From the IMG/VR virus record IMGVR_UViG_2654587772_000002: 64,000 nucleotides of DNA; one strand, 5' to 3'. Position numbers and translations under genes: made by a program. The stretch comes from a virus. Its lineage: Duplodnaviria; Heunggongvirae; Uroviricota; Caudoviricetes. Shown one piece after another: positions 51,663 through 63,916 of the stretch; the stretch's first letter is position 1, and the number at the start of each line of letters is the position of its first letter. The notes beneath the pieces were generated by a model that did no database searches, had not been told where the DNA came from, and was given only the letters and a program-made list of their open reading frames with translations.

Positions 51663-51996
51663 TTAACCGATTCTACGAGTAGTCATTTGTTCATCGTGTA
51701 ACAATATTGCCATTGGATAAAATAACTACAGCGCCCACAAACGGGCGCATTCTGTACATGACTTGAGATATATTATGTTGCATTAAAGCTTTTCAAATGA
51801 TAATCAGCCAAGCCTTTCGCAATTATCGGCATAGTATTTTGTTGCATTTACTATTATTGACTCATAATACGATTTGCATTCTTTCTTCCATGGAGTGCAC
51901 GAATTTATTTTTTCCATATCGTTTTTATTTTTAGAAATACCAACAAGCATAATGTACCCGATAAATCTTGTTGTCAACGCGCCAATCGGTAGCGTT

Positions 51997-52284
51997 CTAT
52001 TCTCGGCTACTGTCTTTTATTAAATTATCTTTATATTGAGGAATGAAATAGTTACCAACATATTCCAGATTTGCTTCAATAGGATTAAGATAGAATGAGC
52101 AATACTGAAAAGTGGGAATTTGTCTAAATTTAACACCAGAACATAATGAATAAATTTCTTGTTCTTTTGTTAGTTCTTTTACTATGTGACTGTTGTCAGT
52201 CGTATCTTCTAATCTTATATAGTTCAAAGACGATTTTGCTTGTCCTGGGCTTACAAGCTCAATAACAGGATGCCCATTAGACAA
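51997..52284 (-). CDS. Hypothetical protein (95 aa) in AT-rich island
   Basis: ORF only. Confidence 0.3.
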   Translation of the reverse strand: MSNGHPVIELVSPGQAKSSLNYIRLEDTTDNSHIVKELTKEQEIYSLCSGVKFRQIPTFQYCSFYLNPIEANLEYVGNYFIPQYKDNLIKDSSRE

Positions 52285-52334
52285 TGTTATTCTTTCGATC
52301 TTACCCCGAATTCTAGAAGTTTGACTCCATTCAT

Positions 52335-52568
52335 CTAGGCTGCTATTTCATTTTTCTTGAATGAATCAACAATATCTGATGGCAAGCTAAAAACAGTAGC
52401 TTTCGTATTCATAGTATATGCAAGCGAAGCAGATACCATATAGTTTCTGACTAAATTATAGTCCTTCTCGGAAACAGAATACTCATTAGGAATAGCTATT
52501 GAATTTGCAAATGAATAGCTGCTAACAAAAGCAAACGGCAACAATAGTTTAAACATTAATTTTTTCAC
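52335..52568 (-). CDS. Hypothetical small secreted protein (77 aa) with N-terminal signal peptide
   Basis: MKKLMFKLLLPFAFVSSYSFA signal-like N-terminus. Confidence 0.4.
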   Translation of the reverse strand: MKKLMFKLLLPFAFVSSYSFANSIAIPNEYSVSEKDYNLVRNYMVSASLAYTMNTKATVFSLPSDIVDSFKKNEIAA

Positions 52569-52597
52569 TTATCACTATCCTTCGAATATCTTTACAT

Positions 52598-52783
52598 TTA
52601 AAGCCCGTCTTTGCAGAGACTAGTTGCTGTAGCGGTAAGTTGTGAAACAGGAATGTTAGGGCTGTCCCGTTTCTGAAGATACCCGGCGCTTAGTGTGGAC
52701 TGATGCTCTGCTGCGCTCGCTGGCGTACCAGCGGCAACCAGCCAGACTACTGCGGACAGAATAACAGCACATAATTTACGCAT
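52598..52783 (-). pseudogene. lom: lom fragment: first ~37 codons of a Lom/Ail-family outer membrane protein fused to unrelated AT-rich sequence
   Basis: MRKLCAVILSAV...AAEHQSTLSAGYL matches lambda Lom N-terminus, then diverges and terminates at 61 aa. Confidence 0.7.
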
Positions 52784-52850
52784 AATTACCTCTCGCTTTT
52801 CTGCAATAAAAAAGGCGTCATTTCTGACGCCCGTATTGGGGTTATAAAAT

Positions 52851-55800
52851 TCAGCTGATACTGATGCCTGCGGTGGCTTTCTTCATCACCACAACCAGCA
52901 AATCGCTGATACTTGCTGTGGGATACCAGCCATTTACCCACCATGCTGATACCGAAAACTCCAGTGTCATTACGCCACTGCCTGCAGGCATATCAATAAC
53001 ACCCGTGTAAATCAGAGTATTATCCAGAGCCGTTCGGTTATAAATTTCAGCCCCGTTTTTCTTCACTATCAGGCGGCATGACGAATAAGTATCGCTATTC
53101 TCCCGTTCATGTCTGGCACCGCTGAAAGCCACCGCCGGGATAACAATTTGCCGGTCAAACGGCTGATCGTCATAAACCCTGACGGTAATGGTCCCTGATG
53201 GCCACCGTTCCGGTGCACGGGAGTCACGGGGGAAAGCTTTGCCCACTGTTTTAACGAGATCGCCTTCAATCTGGTTCGCGGACAGTTTTCCCAGAACCCG
53301 GCAGTTCTCGTTAATCGTGACGTTGTTGAGCGTCCCGGAGTTCGCATTCACGTTACCGCTGATATCGGCATTTTTTGCCGTCAGCCGCCCGTCCGGTGTC
53401 AGGGAAAATGCCGGAGGATTACCGCCGCTGGTAATGGTGGGAGCCGTCAGATATTTCAGGAACACTTCATTCATAAATATCTGATCGCCCTGACCAACAA
53501 ACATCGGCTTTGTGTTGCCATTCGCAGGATTAATCATCGCAATCCTGTCCGCCGCCAGCAGCACCTGACTCTGCATACCGTCAGGGGTATTCTCAATACC
53601 GGCACCAATACCCGCGATATAAAGGCGTCCGTCCTGCATCTGCTGCAGCTTCACAGCCCACATGCTGTTCAGGTTATTATTTGTATCAACCTGAACCTTC
53701 TGTATCTGCTGAATTGCCGCACTCTGGTCTTCCAGTTTCTTATTGACGGTCTGCGTGATTTCATTGCTGACATCCGTAATGGACGTCCTGATTTCAGCCA
53801 GGTCAGGCGCAAGCTGACCGTTATCAATCTGCGTCCACAGCTCCTGAGCCAGATGGCTTTTCCCTATCTCTCCTTTGAAAAAATCCAGATAGCCGGATGC
53901 ATCATCACTCGGCTGGCCAACAGCCTCCACAAATGCCGATTTGCCAACGGTGTTCACACTGCGGATGTAAAAATAATAATCATGGCCCGGTTTGATATTG
54001 ATACTGGCGGCTATCCAGTACAGCGCCGTGCCAAGATAGCGGGCTGTGGTTTCAACCTGCCTGATATCGGTAATCCGCTTTTCCGAGAACCAGAACTCAA
54101 ACTGTACCGTCGGGTCATAAATGGCAAGATGCGGCGTGGCGGTTATCTGAAAATAGCCCGGCGTCAGCTCAATCCTCGACGGTGCTGCCGGTGCGGCAAT
54201 CCGGAACGATACCGACGCCGCATCGCCCTGCTGCCCCACGCATTTACCGCCCGGACTGTCAGCCTGTAGTTCCCCAGCGCCAGTTGCGTGAAGCGGTATG
54301 TGGTTTCCGTCGTCCGGGCCGTGCTGACCAGCCGCTCACTGCCGTCGTCCGCTGTTACGGTCAGACGGAGCAGGAAGCTCACGCCCTTCACCACCTTCGG
54401 TGTGTCCCATCGCGCCAGCACCTGATATTCCCCGCTGTCTGCAGTGACTTCTGCGGTCAGGTGCTGCACCGCTGGCGGCGTGACACCATTCACCGTGCCA
54501 CTCTGTTCGCCGTCAAAGTGCGCCCCGTTATCCACGATGGCCTCTTTTTCCGGCACATGCTGCACGGCGGTGATGGCATACGTGCCGTCGTCGTTCTCAC
54601 GGATACTCACGCAGCGGAACAGGCGCTGGCGCAGCGTCGGCAGCTTCAGCCCCCATACGCTGTATTCAGCAACACCCTCAGGAACACGGCTCACTTTTAC
54701 CTTCACGCCGTCGTTGACGGACTGAACCTCCACGCTGACCGGATTGCCACTTCCGTCAACCAGGCTTATCAGCGTGGTACCGGAGGATGGCAGCGTGATT
54801 TCACGGTCGAGCGTCAGCGTCCGGGTCTGGCTGTTCACCGCCAGCACACGACCACCGGTGCTGATACCGGCATAGTCATCATCGCAGATTTCAATAACAT
54901 CGCCCGGTACATGGCGAAGCCCTTCTGCGCCGACGCTGAAATCCACGGTCTGCGTCTCCAGCAGCTCCGTTTTAATCAGCCACAGCCCGGCGCGGTGTGC
55001 CTGCCCCCGGCTGGTACAGCCAAAGGCATCCATCTTCGTAACATTACGACCGTAACGGGCAATGGCCTGCGTATCTTCAACAAGCTCTGTCGCCGTCTCC
55101 CAGCCGTTGTCCGGGTCAATCCAGTTCACCTCAACGGCATTATGGCGGTCTTTCAGGGCGCTGAAGCTGTAGCGGAACGGCGCGCCATCATCCGGCATCA
55201 CCACATTACTGCGGTTATAGGTCCACGCCTTATCCGACGGTCGGTCCTGCACGAACGTCAGCGTCTGCCCGTTCCATACCGGCATACAGCGCATCGCCGA
55301 GCAGAAATCACTGAGAACGTCCCACGCCTTGCGCTGTGTGGTCAGGTACGCATTACAGGTGATGCGCGGCTCCGTGCCGCCAAAGCCGTCCGGCACTGAC
55401 TGGTCGCAGTACTGGCCGATGACATACAGCGCCCATTTGTCCACATCCGCCGCACCAAGACGTTTCCCCATGCCGTAGCGCGGATGGGTCAGCATATCCC
55501 ACAGACACCAGGCCATGTTGTTGCTGTATGCTGGCTTAAACGTTCCGTCCCAGATACCGCTGTATTGTCGCGTCTGCGGGTTATAGTTCGACGGCACCTG
55601 CAGAATGCGCCCGCGAAGATGATAATTACGACTCACCTGCTGGCTGCCGAACTGCTCCGAGTCCACCTGTACGCCGACCAGTGCCGTGTTCGGGTAGCAC
55701 TGTTTCACATCGATGATTTCGGTGTATGACGACCAGAGCGTTTTGTTCTGCAGCTGGTCTGTGGTGCTGTCCGGCGTCATCCTGCGCATCCGGATATTAA

Positions 55801-56329
55801 ACGGGCGCGGCGGCAGGTTATCCACCACCACCGAGGCCAGATACTGCGAGGTGGTTTTGCCTTTAATGGTGATGTCTTTTTCCGTCACCCAGCCACCGTT
55901 ACGCTGTATCTGAACCAGCAGGCGGACTTCCGACGGATTCCGGTCCCCCTTTGAGGTGGTTTCCACCAGTGCCTGCACACCGAAGGTAAAGCGCAGACGG
56001 TCGATGTTTGCAGACGTGATGGTCCGGGTAATCGGCGTGTCGTACTTCACTTCCGTACCCAGCACCGTCTCGGAGCCGGAGGATTCAAACCCCTCCGGCG
56101 GTGTCTGCTCCTGCTCACCGGCACGGAACACCACCGTGACACCGGAGATGTTGGTATTCCCCTCAGTGTCCAGCACCGGCGTACTGTTCAGCAGCACGCT
56201 TTTTAATCCATCCACCGGACCTTCAACCGGCCCTTCGCTGATGGCATCGATCACACTCAGCAACTGCGTGGACTTCAGGTTGTCCTTCGCTTCGCGCGGG
56301 GTATGCCCCTTACTGCTTCCTTTACTCAT
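52851..56329 (-). pseudogene. J: Lambda-type central tail fibre / host specificity protein J, split by a frameshift near 54164-54239
   Basis: Two consecutive ORFs (721 + 462 aa) both near-identical in pattern to lambda gpJ; break at ...AVNAWG / QQGD... Confidence 0.9.
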
Positions 56330-56389
56330 TCCTCACGCTCCATAAATGACAAAACCGCCCGCAGGCGGTTTCACATAAAACATTTTGCA

Positions 56390-57061
56390 TCAGCGACCAA
56401 TCACCACAACCTGACCACCGTCCCCTTCGTCTGCCGTGCTGATCTCCTGAGAAACCACGCGTGACCCCACGCGCATTTCCCCGTACAGAACAGGCAGAAC
56501 ATTGCCCTGGGCAACCATGTTATCCAGTGAGGAGAAATAGGTGTTCTGCTTACCGTTATCCGTTGTCTGTGTACGGGGAGTTCTGGCTTTCGGTGCCAGC
56601 ATCTGCGCCACACCACCGAGGACCATACTGGCACCGAGAGAAAACAGGATGCCGGTCATACCACCGGCCCCAATGGCTGCCCCCCATGCTGCAAGGGTGG
56701 CTCCGGCGGTAAAGAATGATCCGGCAATGGCGGCAGCCCCCAGGACAATCTGGAATACGCCACCTGACTTGGCCCCGGCGACTCTGGGAACAATATGAAT
56801 CACAGCGCCATCAGGCAGAGTCTCATGTAACTGCGCCGTTAACCCGGACGTGCTGACGTCCCGCCCGGCAATCCGTACCTGATACCAGCCGTCGCTCAGT
56901 TTCTGACGAAACGCCGGGAGCTGTGTGGCCAGTGCCCGGATGGCTTCAGCCCCCGTTTTCACACGAAGGTCGATGCGGCGACCAAATCGTTGTAAATCCC
57001 CGTAAAGGCAGATGCGCGCCATGCCCGGTGACGCCAGAGGGAGTGTGTGCGTCGCTGCCAT
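56390..57061 (-). CDS. I: Lambda-type tail assembly protein I (223 aa)
   Basis: Recognised lambda gpI-like sequence and size. Confidence 0.9.
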   Translation of the reverse strand: MAATHTLPLASPGMARICLYGDLQRFGRRIDLRVKTGAEAIRALATQLPAFRQKLSDGWYQVRIAGRDVSTSGLTAQLHETLPDGAVIHIVPRVAGAKSGGVFQIVLGAAAIAGSFFTAGATLAAWGAAIGAGGMTGILFSLGASMVLGGVAQMLAPKARTPRTQTTDNGKQNTYFSSLDNMVAQGNVLPVLYGEMRVGSRVVSQEISTADEGDGGQVVVIGR

Positions 57062-57702
57062 TTGTCGGTGTACCTCTCTCGTTTGCTCAGTTGTTCAGGA
57101 ATATGGTGCAGCAGCTCACCGTCACCACAGTAAATGGCGGCATGATTCGGCACCGATGAACCAAAACAGCACAGCAGCACATCGCCCGGCTGCGCCGCTG
57201 ACAACGGCACCTGATACAGCCCTGTGGCCTCCAGATTATCCAGATAGAGATTCTGACCGTGACGCCACCAGTCATCCCCGCGATGAAAATCCGGCATCTC
57301 AATCCCCGCCAGATGATAAGCATCCCGGAACAGCGTGTAACAGTCCGTCACCCCGTGCTCAAAGCGCCGCCCGGTGAGATGCGGCACACAGCGGAACTTA
57401 TGAATCGCCCCCCGGCAGACCAGCCACCACGGCAAATCACTCTGCACCTGCAGCCGCCGGTCAGCCTCACTCAGCCAGGGCAGACCACCGGGGTGGCTGT
57501 GGACCAGCGCCACAATCTCACCCTGCATTTCTGCCTGCAGCCAGTCCTCCGGAGCCATCCGGAAATAATCCTCCGGCTCACCGGAAATATTCACGCCGGG
57601 AAAATATCTTTCCCCCTCCGGCGTGCTTACCACGAAGCCGCACGACTCCGCTGGCGCACATCGCCGGGCGTGCGCCAGAATCGCTGATTCTGTCTGTGTC
57701 AT
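56959..57702 (-). CDS. K: Lambda-type tail assembly protein K (NlpC/P60-JAB-like)
   Basis: MTQTESAILAHARRCAPAESCGFVVSTPEGERYF... as in lambda gpK. Confidence 0.9.
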   Translation of the reverse strand: MTQTESAILAHARRCAPAESCGFVVSTPEGERYFPGVNISGEPEDYFRMAPEDWLQAEMQGEIVALVHSHPGGLPWLSEADRRLQVQSDLPWWLVCRGAIHKFRCVPHLTGRRFEHGVTDCYTLFRDAYHLAGIEMPDFHRGDDWWRHGQNLYLDNLEATGLYQVPLSAAQPGDVLLCCFGSSVPNHAAIYCGDGELLHHIPEQLSKRERYTDKWQRRTHSLWRHRAWRASAFTGIYNDLVAASTFV

Positions 57703-57707
57703 GGGAT

Positions 57708-58406
57708 TTACTGCGAAAGTTTGTTAATGGAAAGGAAGCCGCCAAAGTTGCCGACGTTATTGCGAAACTTACAGCCACTCAGGCATTTGCTGCATTTATC
57801 CTTCGTGATATCGGACGTCGGCTGGTCATATTCATCCGCGACCGCCGGACCGCTATAACCGCACTCATCGCCGCGATAGGTCCAGGTGCAGGTGTTGGCC
57901 AGCATGATACGTCCCGGAAAAACAGCGCCATCCGTTTCAGTCGGCGTGGACAGTACAAAAGAGGCACTGACCGCGCTCAGTTCGCTGCACTGCTCGATGC
58001 GCCAGCGGCTGATCACCTCCTGCTCCGGATCGGCTTCGCTGTTTCCGTTGACGAAGTTCACCGCATCCAGAAAGCGGGCGTAAACCTTACGCCGGACCAC
58101 CGTTCCGCCGACCAGACTCTGCAGATCTTCCGCCATCCCGGTGATCATGCCGTGCAGGTTAGAGACCGTCAGTGTCGGACGGGCAGCACTGCCCTTGCCG
58201 TTCATCTCAAATCCACTCCCCTGAATGGGATAGGCCTGATACTGCCGACTCTGCCAGGTGACAGACTCACCTTTTTCGTTCTGCTCATTACAGAAAAAGT
58301 AGCGATCCCCGTCTACCTCTGTCAGGTCGATTTCCCAGAGCACCACGCTGGCAGACTGCTCCGCACGAATGCATTCATTCAGCGTTTCCTGTTGTATGTC
58401 CTGCAT
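57708..58406 (-). CDS. L: Lambda-type minor tail protein L (232 aa)
   Basis: Recognised gpL sequence incl. C-terminal Cys cluster. Confidence 0.9.
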   Translation of the reverse strand: MQDIQQETLNECIRAEQSASVVLWEIDLTEVDGDRYFFCNEQNEKGESVTWQSRQYQAYPIQGSGFEMNGKGSAARPTLTVSNLHGMITGMAEDLQSLVGGTVVRRKVYARFLDAVNFVNGNSEADPEQEVISRWRIEQCSELSAVSASFVLSTPTETDGAVFPGRIMLANTCTWTYRGDECGYSGPAVADEYDQPTSDITKDKCSKCLSGCKFRNNVGNFGGFLSINKLSQ

Positions 58407-58744
58407 CAGATCACCACTTCGTCAAACTGACACGAAAAATCGGTATAGGTGATATGTTCTGTCGCTGACCACGTTCGACACACCACTCTGATTTTTCTGT
58501 TAATACCCGGCGGGCGCCAAAAAAAAGATTTATAGCCTTCATGCCGGGCTAAAAATTTTTCAAATGAATCACGTTCATTCGCCTCAACTTTGAAATCACA
58601 GGTGAAAACGCGCAGAGAATGATTAAGTCCATTTGGACTTCGTTGCTCATAACCATCGCCAAATCTTACAGTTTTTATCGATGGTTTATTTTCTGTTTTC
58701 ATTCCATCCTCTGGTAACCAGTGAAATTCTTCCGTATTAGCCAC
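58406..58744 (-). CDS. M: Lambda-type minor tail protein M (112 aa)
   Basis: [10 protein letters not shown]... motif as gpM. Confidence 0.85.
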
Positions 58745-61700
58745 TTAACATTCCCCCATCACGTCGCATATTTAACAGATTGCCCTGCACCCGCTGATCA
58801 ACCATCCCCATAAGTGCTTTTATTGCCTGAGGGCCAATCTCTCCATTCTGGCCGTCATTTTGAATAGTGATTTGGTATACAGGGGCATAGGTAATATCTC
58901 CGCCTCCATTACCACTTTTACTATTAATAGCTCTGACACCAAGAGAACCATCGGAAGTTCGTGTTAATGGCATAATGGCTTCCGGACCAGCCTCACCAAA
59001 AACACCAGCCCCTCTTGCAAAAGCAAAAAATTGCGGGGAATCATAAATACCGTTCGAATACGTGTTCAATGACGGAGACTCATAAACACCGCCCTTTGCA
59101 TTCGGAATAAATTTACTAATAGCACTCCCGATAGTTCCTAAAATCCCCCCAGAAGAACTGTTACTAATGCTGTCGAAAATCCCAGTAATTGAAGCCTTTA
59201 ATGCTATTCGACTAAGATCCGAAATCACGGAAGTAGCGAAAGAACGAAAATTTGCCTTGCCTGTCGTGACAAAATCACCCAGCGCATCGGTCATTCCATC
59301 AAACATCTGAGTCGTGGTTGATTTTATCTGCTCACTGATATCCTTAGTGTCATCCAGCCAGTTATTGAATCCCTGGGAGGCACCACTAACCCAGTCTCCT
59401 GCCTGAATATCGAGCTGCTCGTTTTTCTGTCTGACAATTTCTTTTTCTCGTTCCAGAGCATCATTCAGAGCCTGCATTTTCTCCTGAAAAACATGATTTG
59501 ACATCCCACGGGATTTATCTGCATAGTCACGTTCAAGTTGCAGACGCTGATTGTTATATTCACGTTCAATCCGCAGTAATTCCTGCTGGCGTTGCTGATT
59601 TTTATCGCCAACCCCATAACCAGCAATCTGAATATCATACCCCTGTTGACGATTATCAATCGAAGCCTGCAATGAATCACGCCATGCAGCTATTTCGGCG
59701 GATTCCTTGATTAGCCTGTTATTTTTTTCAATCGCAACATTTTTCTCCATCAACGCGGTTATTTCTTCCAGGTGTAAGAGAAGCGATTTCTGATCCTGGG
59801 TTAATTTCGATGACGGTCGTGACTCCAGGTCGGCAATCTGCTGACGCCACTTAACCAGTTCCTGTTCAGAGGAACTTAATTTAACGGTTAATTCAGTTTG
59901 TGAACTTAGTAACGCATTCTGTTGATTCAGATGATCAATCATTCGTTGGGCAGCATCATCCGAATAACCTTTCGCCTTTGGTTGCTTTGGATCTTTATAA
60001 CGCTCATTTATTTGAGCGATAAAATTATTATATTCTTCCTTTGAATACTGACTCTTTAGCTTTTCCAGTTTTGCAAGTTCACTAGCTCTCTGCTGCTCCC
60101 GGGTCTGATATTGTTTTGAAAAGGCATCTGCTCTCTGTCTGAGTTCAATTCCTTCCTGTTGTCGCTTGTTGTAATCGTTTATTGATGAATTTAGGACGTC
60201 CTGAGCAATTTTTTCTGCTTGAAGTACGCCCAATTGCTGCTTTAATCGTGCCAGCCTTTTATTTTGAGCTCCGCCATCTCCAATGCCACCTAACCCGAAA
60301 ACTCCGGGTCGGGTATTTTTTTCTATTTCATCAATTTGACGGAGAACATCTGAGATTTTTTGATCAAGGGAGGCCTCACGGCCAATGTCCAGCATGGAAT
60401 CCCATGCCCATTTTGCGGAGTCTGCGACAGCTTTCCATGCAGTCTCAAGATAACCAAGATTTTCTTTAATCTGGTTGGTGCGCTGGATCATTGAGGATGA
60501 GTATTCTTCTGTCGCAATGCGGGCGGCCTCCTGCTGGTTCCCTTCATCCTGTAGCGCCTTAATCTGGTTATAAGTCGCAAGTGTCAGAAAATGGTACTGA
60601 TCATTAAGTTTTGATATGGCACTGACAGGATCCTTTGCAATTTCATTGAAGTCATTAACCAGTTGTTCGGTTGATATTCCTGTTACTTCGCTCGTTTTTA
60701 CTATCGCTGTCGTCACTTGCTCCAGCGAACTGCTCGCTACCTTTCCCGAACGCACAAGCTGATTTAATACTGCCGCCGCAGCACCAGTTGTCGAATCAGC
60801 CGCATTCCCGGCACGTTGAGCTATATCGCCCAATTGCCCGCTGGTTGTCCCCAACTGATTTCCGGTAAGAATAAGAGATTTATTAAATTCGTCCTGCTCC
60901 TGAGAGCCTTTATAGTAAGCCAGTCCTAAGACCCCAACGGCTGCTGCGGCCAGGGTAAAAGGATTAATTAATCCCAGCACATAAGAACCTACACCTTTGA
61001 TCGCCGGGCCAATCCCACCGAACATATCTTTTAGCTGGCCGCCCTGCTGCATTAACACCATAAATGGCGACTGACCAGTGGACAACCCAACAACAATATC
61101 CGTCATTTGTGCAGGCAACATGCGCATAGCAAAAGCCGTTTGTTTTGCCGACATTCCGGTTTTGCTTAATTGTGATTGAGTAACCTCAAGCTCACTCCGC
61201 ATAGCACGAAGTTTTCCAGAAAGCTCCTCATACATTTCAGGAGAAAGCATCCCCTTAGCTTTTGCTTCATTGAGCTGTTTCTGTTGTTCTACCAGACGAT
61301 TAAAAGCAGTTCCGACAGGATCAAGTTGAGCAATCAGACGTTGCAAAGCAACAACCTGTTCATCATGCGCTTTTGCTGCTTCTCGCTCTGCCTGAGCCTC
61401 TCCGGTAAGCTCTCGCCGTGTTTCCTGTATTTTTCGGCTATAATTCTCAAACTGAGAACCATTTATTTTCCCGGATGCAAACGCAGCATTAAGTTCATCA
61501 TGCTGTTGTTCAAGATTTCTTAGCGCCGCAGCCAGAGGGTCGATCTTGTCCAGCATTCTTTGAAAGGCCTGAGCCTGCGCTTCCTGCTGGGCGGCAGCAA
61601 GTTTTCCGGCCTTCTCGGCTTCTCTCTGCGCTTGCGCAACCCCGCTCAATTCCTCTGTGGTTTCATTAAGTTTACGGACAAGAAATTCATATTCTTCTTT

Positions 61701-61970
61701 ATCAATAAGCCCTTTATCGAAAAATTTCTTTAATTCAGAATAGCGTCGACCGACAGTATCAATTGCGGCACCAACTGGATCAATAGCTGCTTTTAATTTT
61801 GCGAGCGCGTTCTTCTCATCTTCTGTTGCCTTAGTCACTTTCCCTGCGCTATTTGCAGCAGTTTCCCCAGCCTGCGTCATTTTGACTAATGAGGAGGTCA
61901 GATTGTCAGCATTATTTTTCGCTCCAGTGCTATCAATAATTATTGCGAGACGCGAGGTTTGCTCTGCCAT
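58737..61970 (-). CDS. H: Tail tape measure protein (gpH-like), 1077 aa
   Basis: Long coiled-coil-rich ORF between G/T and M. Confidence 0.85.
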
Positions 61971-62135
61971 TTATTAAAACTCCTGACAACAAAAAACCCA
62001 CCGCGAAGTGGGTTTCAGGCGACATAATAGTAGATATAGCGATTACGAGGCCACGCAATGCTTTTCTCCAGGAGCATCATCGATTTAATTAAAGACACCA
62101 TCACATCTCTGTAACAGAGTGTACGTAATTAACAA

Positions 62136-62369
62136 CTACACACACTGCTCCTGAAAATACTGGTCATCCAGTGCAAAGATCACTGCTTCAAATTCATCGC
62201 GCTCAATCAATACCGGATGAGTGGCTAAATATTCATTTATCTCTGTCAGAGATAAAGGCAAAGGCACCCCAGCCATTCCAGCATAACGTCGGGCACGGGA
62301 TATTACCGAATAGGCGTACAACAACTCCTTAAGCACCGGGTCTATTTCTGGTTCCGGTATCGGTGGCAA
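62136..62369 (-). CDS. T: T segment of tail assembly chaperone, expressed as G-T fusion via -1 frameshift
   Basis: ORF in -1 frame relative to G, contiguous with slippery site A AAA AAG at the end of G. Confidence 0.7.
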   Translation of the reverse strand: MPPIPEPEIDPVLKELLYAYSVISRARRYAGMAGVPLPLSLTEINEYLATHPVLIERDEFEAVIFALDDQYFQEQCV

Positions 62370-62443
62370 CCTGAGTTTTTCTCGCTTCCATCTTGCCTTT
62401 TCCCCCCTTTCTCCCCCGAACTCCGATAACCACCGCTGGGCAG

Positions 62444-62905
62444 CTATGGCTTTTTTATCGTATCCTGCTTCTGCTGCTCTTTACCCTGGGCGATGCTGGC
62501 TGCTTCTGCAAGGATCTGCCAGTACAACTCTGGATTCTGCTTAAGCAGCGCGATCCCTCGTTCTGCCGTATATTCCAGTGCAACCTCAACACCATTAACC
62601 AGTTCACCAACCCCTTTCCAGTCTTTCAGCAGATAACGAGCGGCATTATCAATGAGTAAATCATCAACAGAATCCACCTCGGAAACCTTTGAAATATCAA
62701 ACTCCTTCGTTCCGACGTGCAAACTGGCATCCATTTTCTCAATGTGGCGACGGATTAATGCATTACGGGAGCGATACTGATCGTTATCGCTGCTTGCCAC
62801 CAACAGTTTTAACCCGTCTACAGGTTTTAAGTCCTTCATTGGCGTAAACCAGCGTTCTCCACCAATGATAATTTTCTGATTAAGAATAAACATCCATAAC
62901 CTCAT
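62444..62905 (-). CDS. G: Tail assembly chaperone G-like (153 aa)
   Basis: Position between major tail and tape measure genes; slippery heptamer at 3' end. Confidence 0.75.
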   Translation of the reverse strand: MRLWMFILNQKIIIGGERWFTPMKDLKPVDGLKLLVASSDNDQYRSRNALIRRHIEKMDASLHVGTKEFDISKVSEVDSVDDLLIDNAARYLLKDWKGVGELVNGVEVALEYTAERGIALLKQNPELYWQILAEAASIAQGKEQQKQDTIKKP

Positions 62906-62953
62906 TCAATGCGTCCCCCTGTAGGGCAGTACCACAGGAGGAATAACGGAAAA

Positions 62954-63916
62954 TCAACTAATCGCCTCAGCACTGGCTTTTGCGATCACGGCAGCCGGGG
63001 AATTTTTTTTTCTGGTTATCGTAGGTGCTTCATCTGCTGCGGTAATGCTCAATTGAACCTGGATAATGTCGCTATTACCCCCATCAGGCCATTCACCTGA
63101 CACCTGAACCTTCGGGAAACTGAAAGTGTATGCCCCCTCTCCATTCGAAAGCGTGAAGCTGAACGGAACTGTTTCTCCAGTCAGTGTTTTACTCCAGATT
63201 TCCCACGCGGCTTTAGACCATGAAAGCGTCACCGTACCGGACGGTGTAAAAGTAGTCGGAATATTTGCTCCTGCATAAGGCGAGCCAGTCCCGATACAAC
63301 GCTGTGTCTGGAGTTTGTTATCGAACTGAATATCAAAACTGTCGATACAAAAACCGTTACCTCCGGCAACACCATTCAGGCTTACTGCTGAAACCTCCTT
63401 AAACGAATAACGTAGCTTTCCTGCACTATCCACAGGTTCGCCTTTGATAAAATTCGTATCATCGGCCTTTGATTCCCAGTCCAGTCCGGCAAAGGTTACG
63501 GTCGCTGTAATATCGCCGTCGTTAGGGATCTGCATTTTCCATGAGCCAACCTGCGCTCCTCTGACGACAGAGGCAATTCCGACATCGGACGCATAGGTCG
63601 CCAGAGAAAATGTTATTCGCTCATTCCCCATTGTCAGAGAATCGCCTGACCATTCCGCGCCGAAACAGGATGCAAGAAAATCATCATGTTGACCCCAGCG
63701 AAATTTGGTACCAACATCACCGCCGACATCCACAGTGCCAGGCGTCGCCCCCTGAGCCATCCGGGAGCCACCAATCTCATTATTTTCGCCTTTATTATGG
63801 GTGGGTTTTACTCCCCAGCTTGTGCGTTTTAATAAACTCCAGTCACCACTTGCTGGCGTAGTGCCTGCAACCGTCTCCCGGATAAATGCCGAGATAACCT
63901 TTGCACCTGAACTCAC
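62954..63916 (-). CDS. Major tail (tube) protein, 320 aa, with Ig-like C-terminal region
   Basis: Position upstream of G-T-H; not the lambda gpV sequence. Confidence 0.6.
   Translation of the reverse strand: MSSGAKVISAFIRETVAGTTPASGDWSLLKRTSWGVKPTHNKGENNEIGGSRMAQGATPGTVDVGGDVGTKFRWGQHDDFLASCFGAEWSGDSLTMGNERITFSLATYASDVGIASVVRGAQVGSWKMQIPNDGDITATVTFAGLDWESKADDTNFIKGEPVDSAGKLRYSFKEVSAVSLNGVAGGNGFCIDSFDIQFDNKLQTQRCIGTGSPYAGANIPTTFTPSGTVTLSWSKAAWEIWSKTLTGETVPFSFTLSNGEGAYTFSFPKVQVSGEWPDGGNSDIIQVQLSITAADEAPTITRKKNSPAAVIAKASAEAIS

Noticed and set aside
54182-55399. 405-aa plus-strand ORF antisense to J
   Set aside because: Lies opposite the highly recognisable lambda J coding sequence; Arg/His/Pro-rich low-complexity translation typical of GC-rich antisense frames
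61985-62010. Hairpin CCCAC-CGCGAA-GTGGG with flanking A/T runs between T and H as a terminator
   Set aside because: A terminator inside the G-T-H operon is unexpected and orientation is ambiguous; more likely incidental structure
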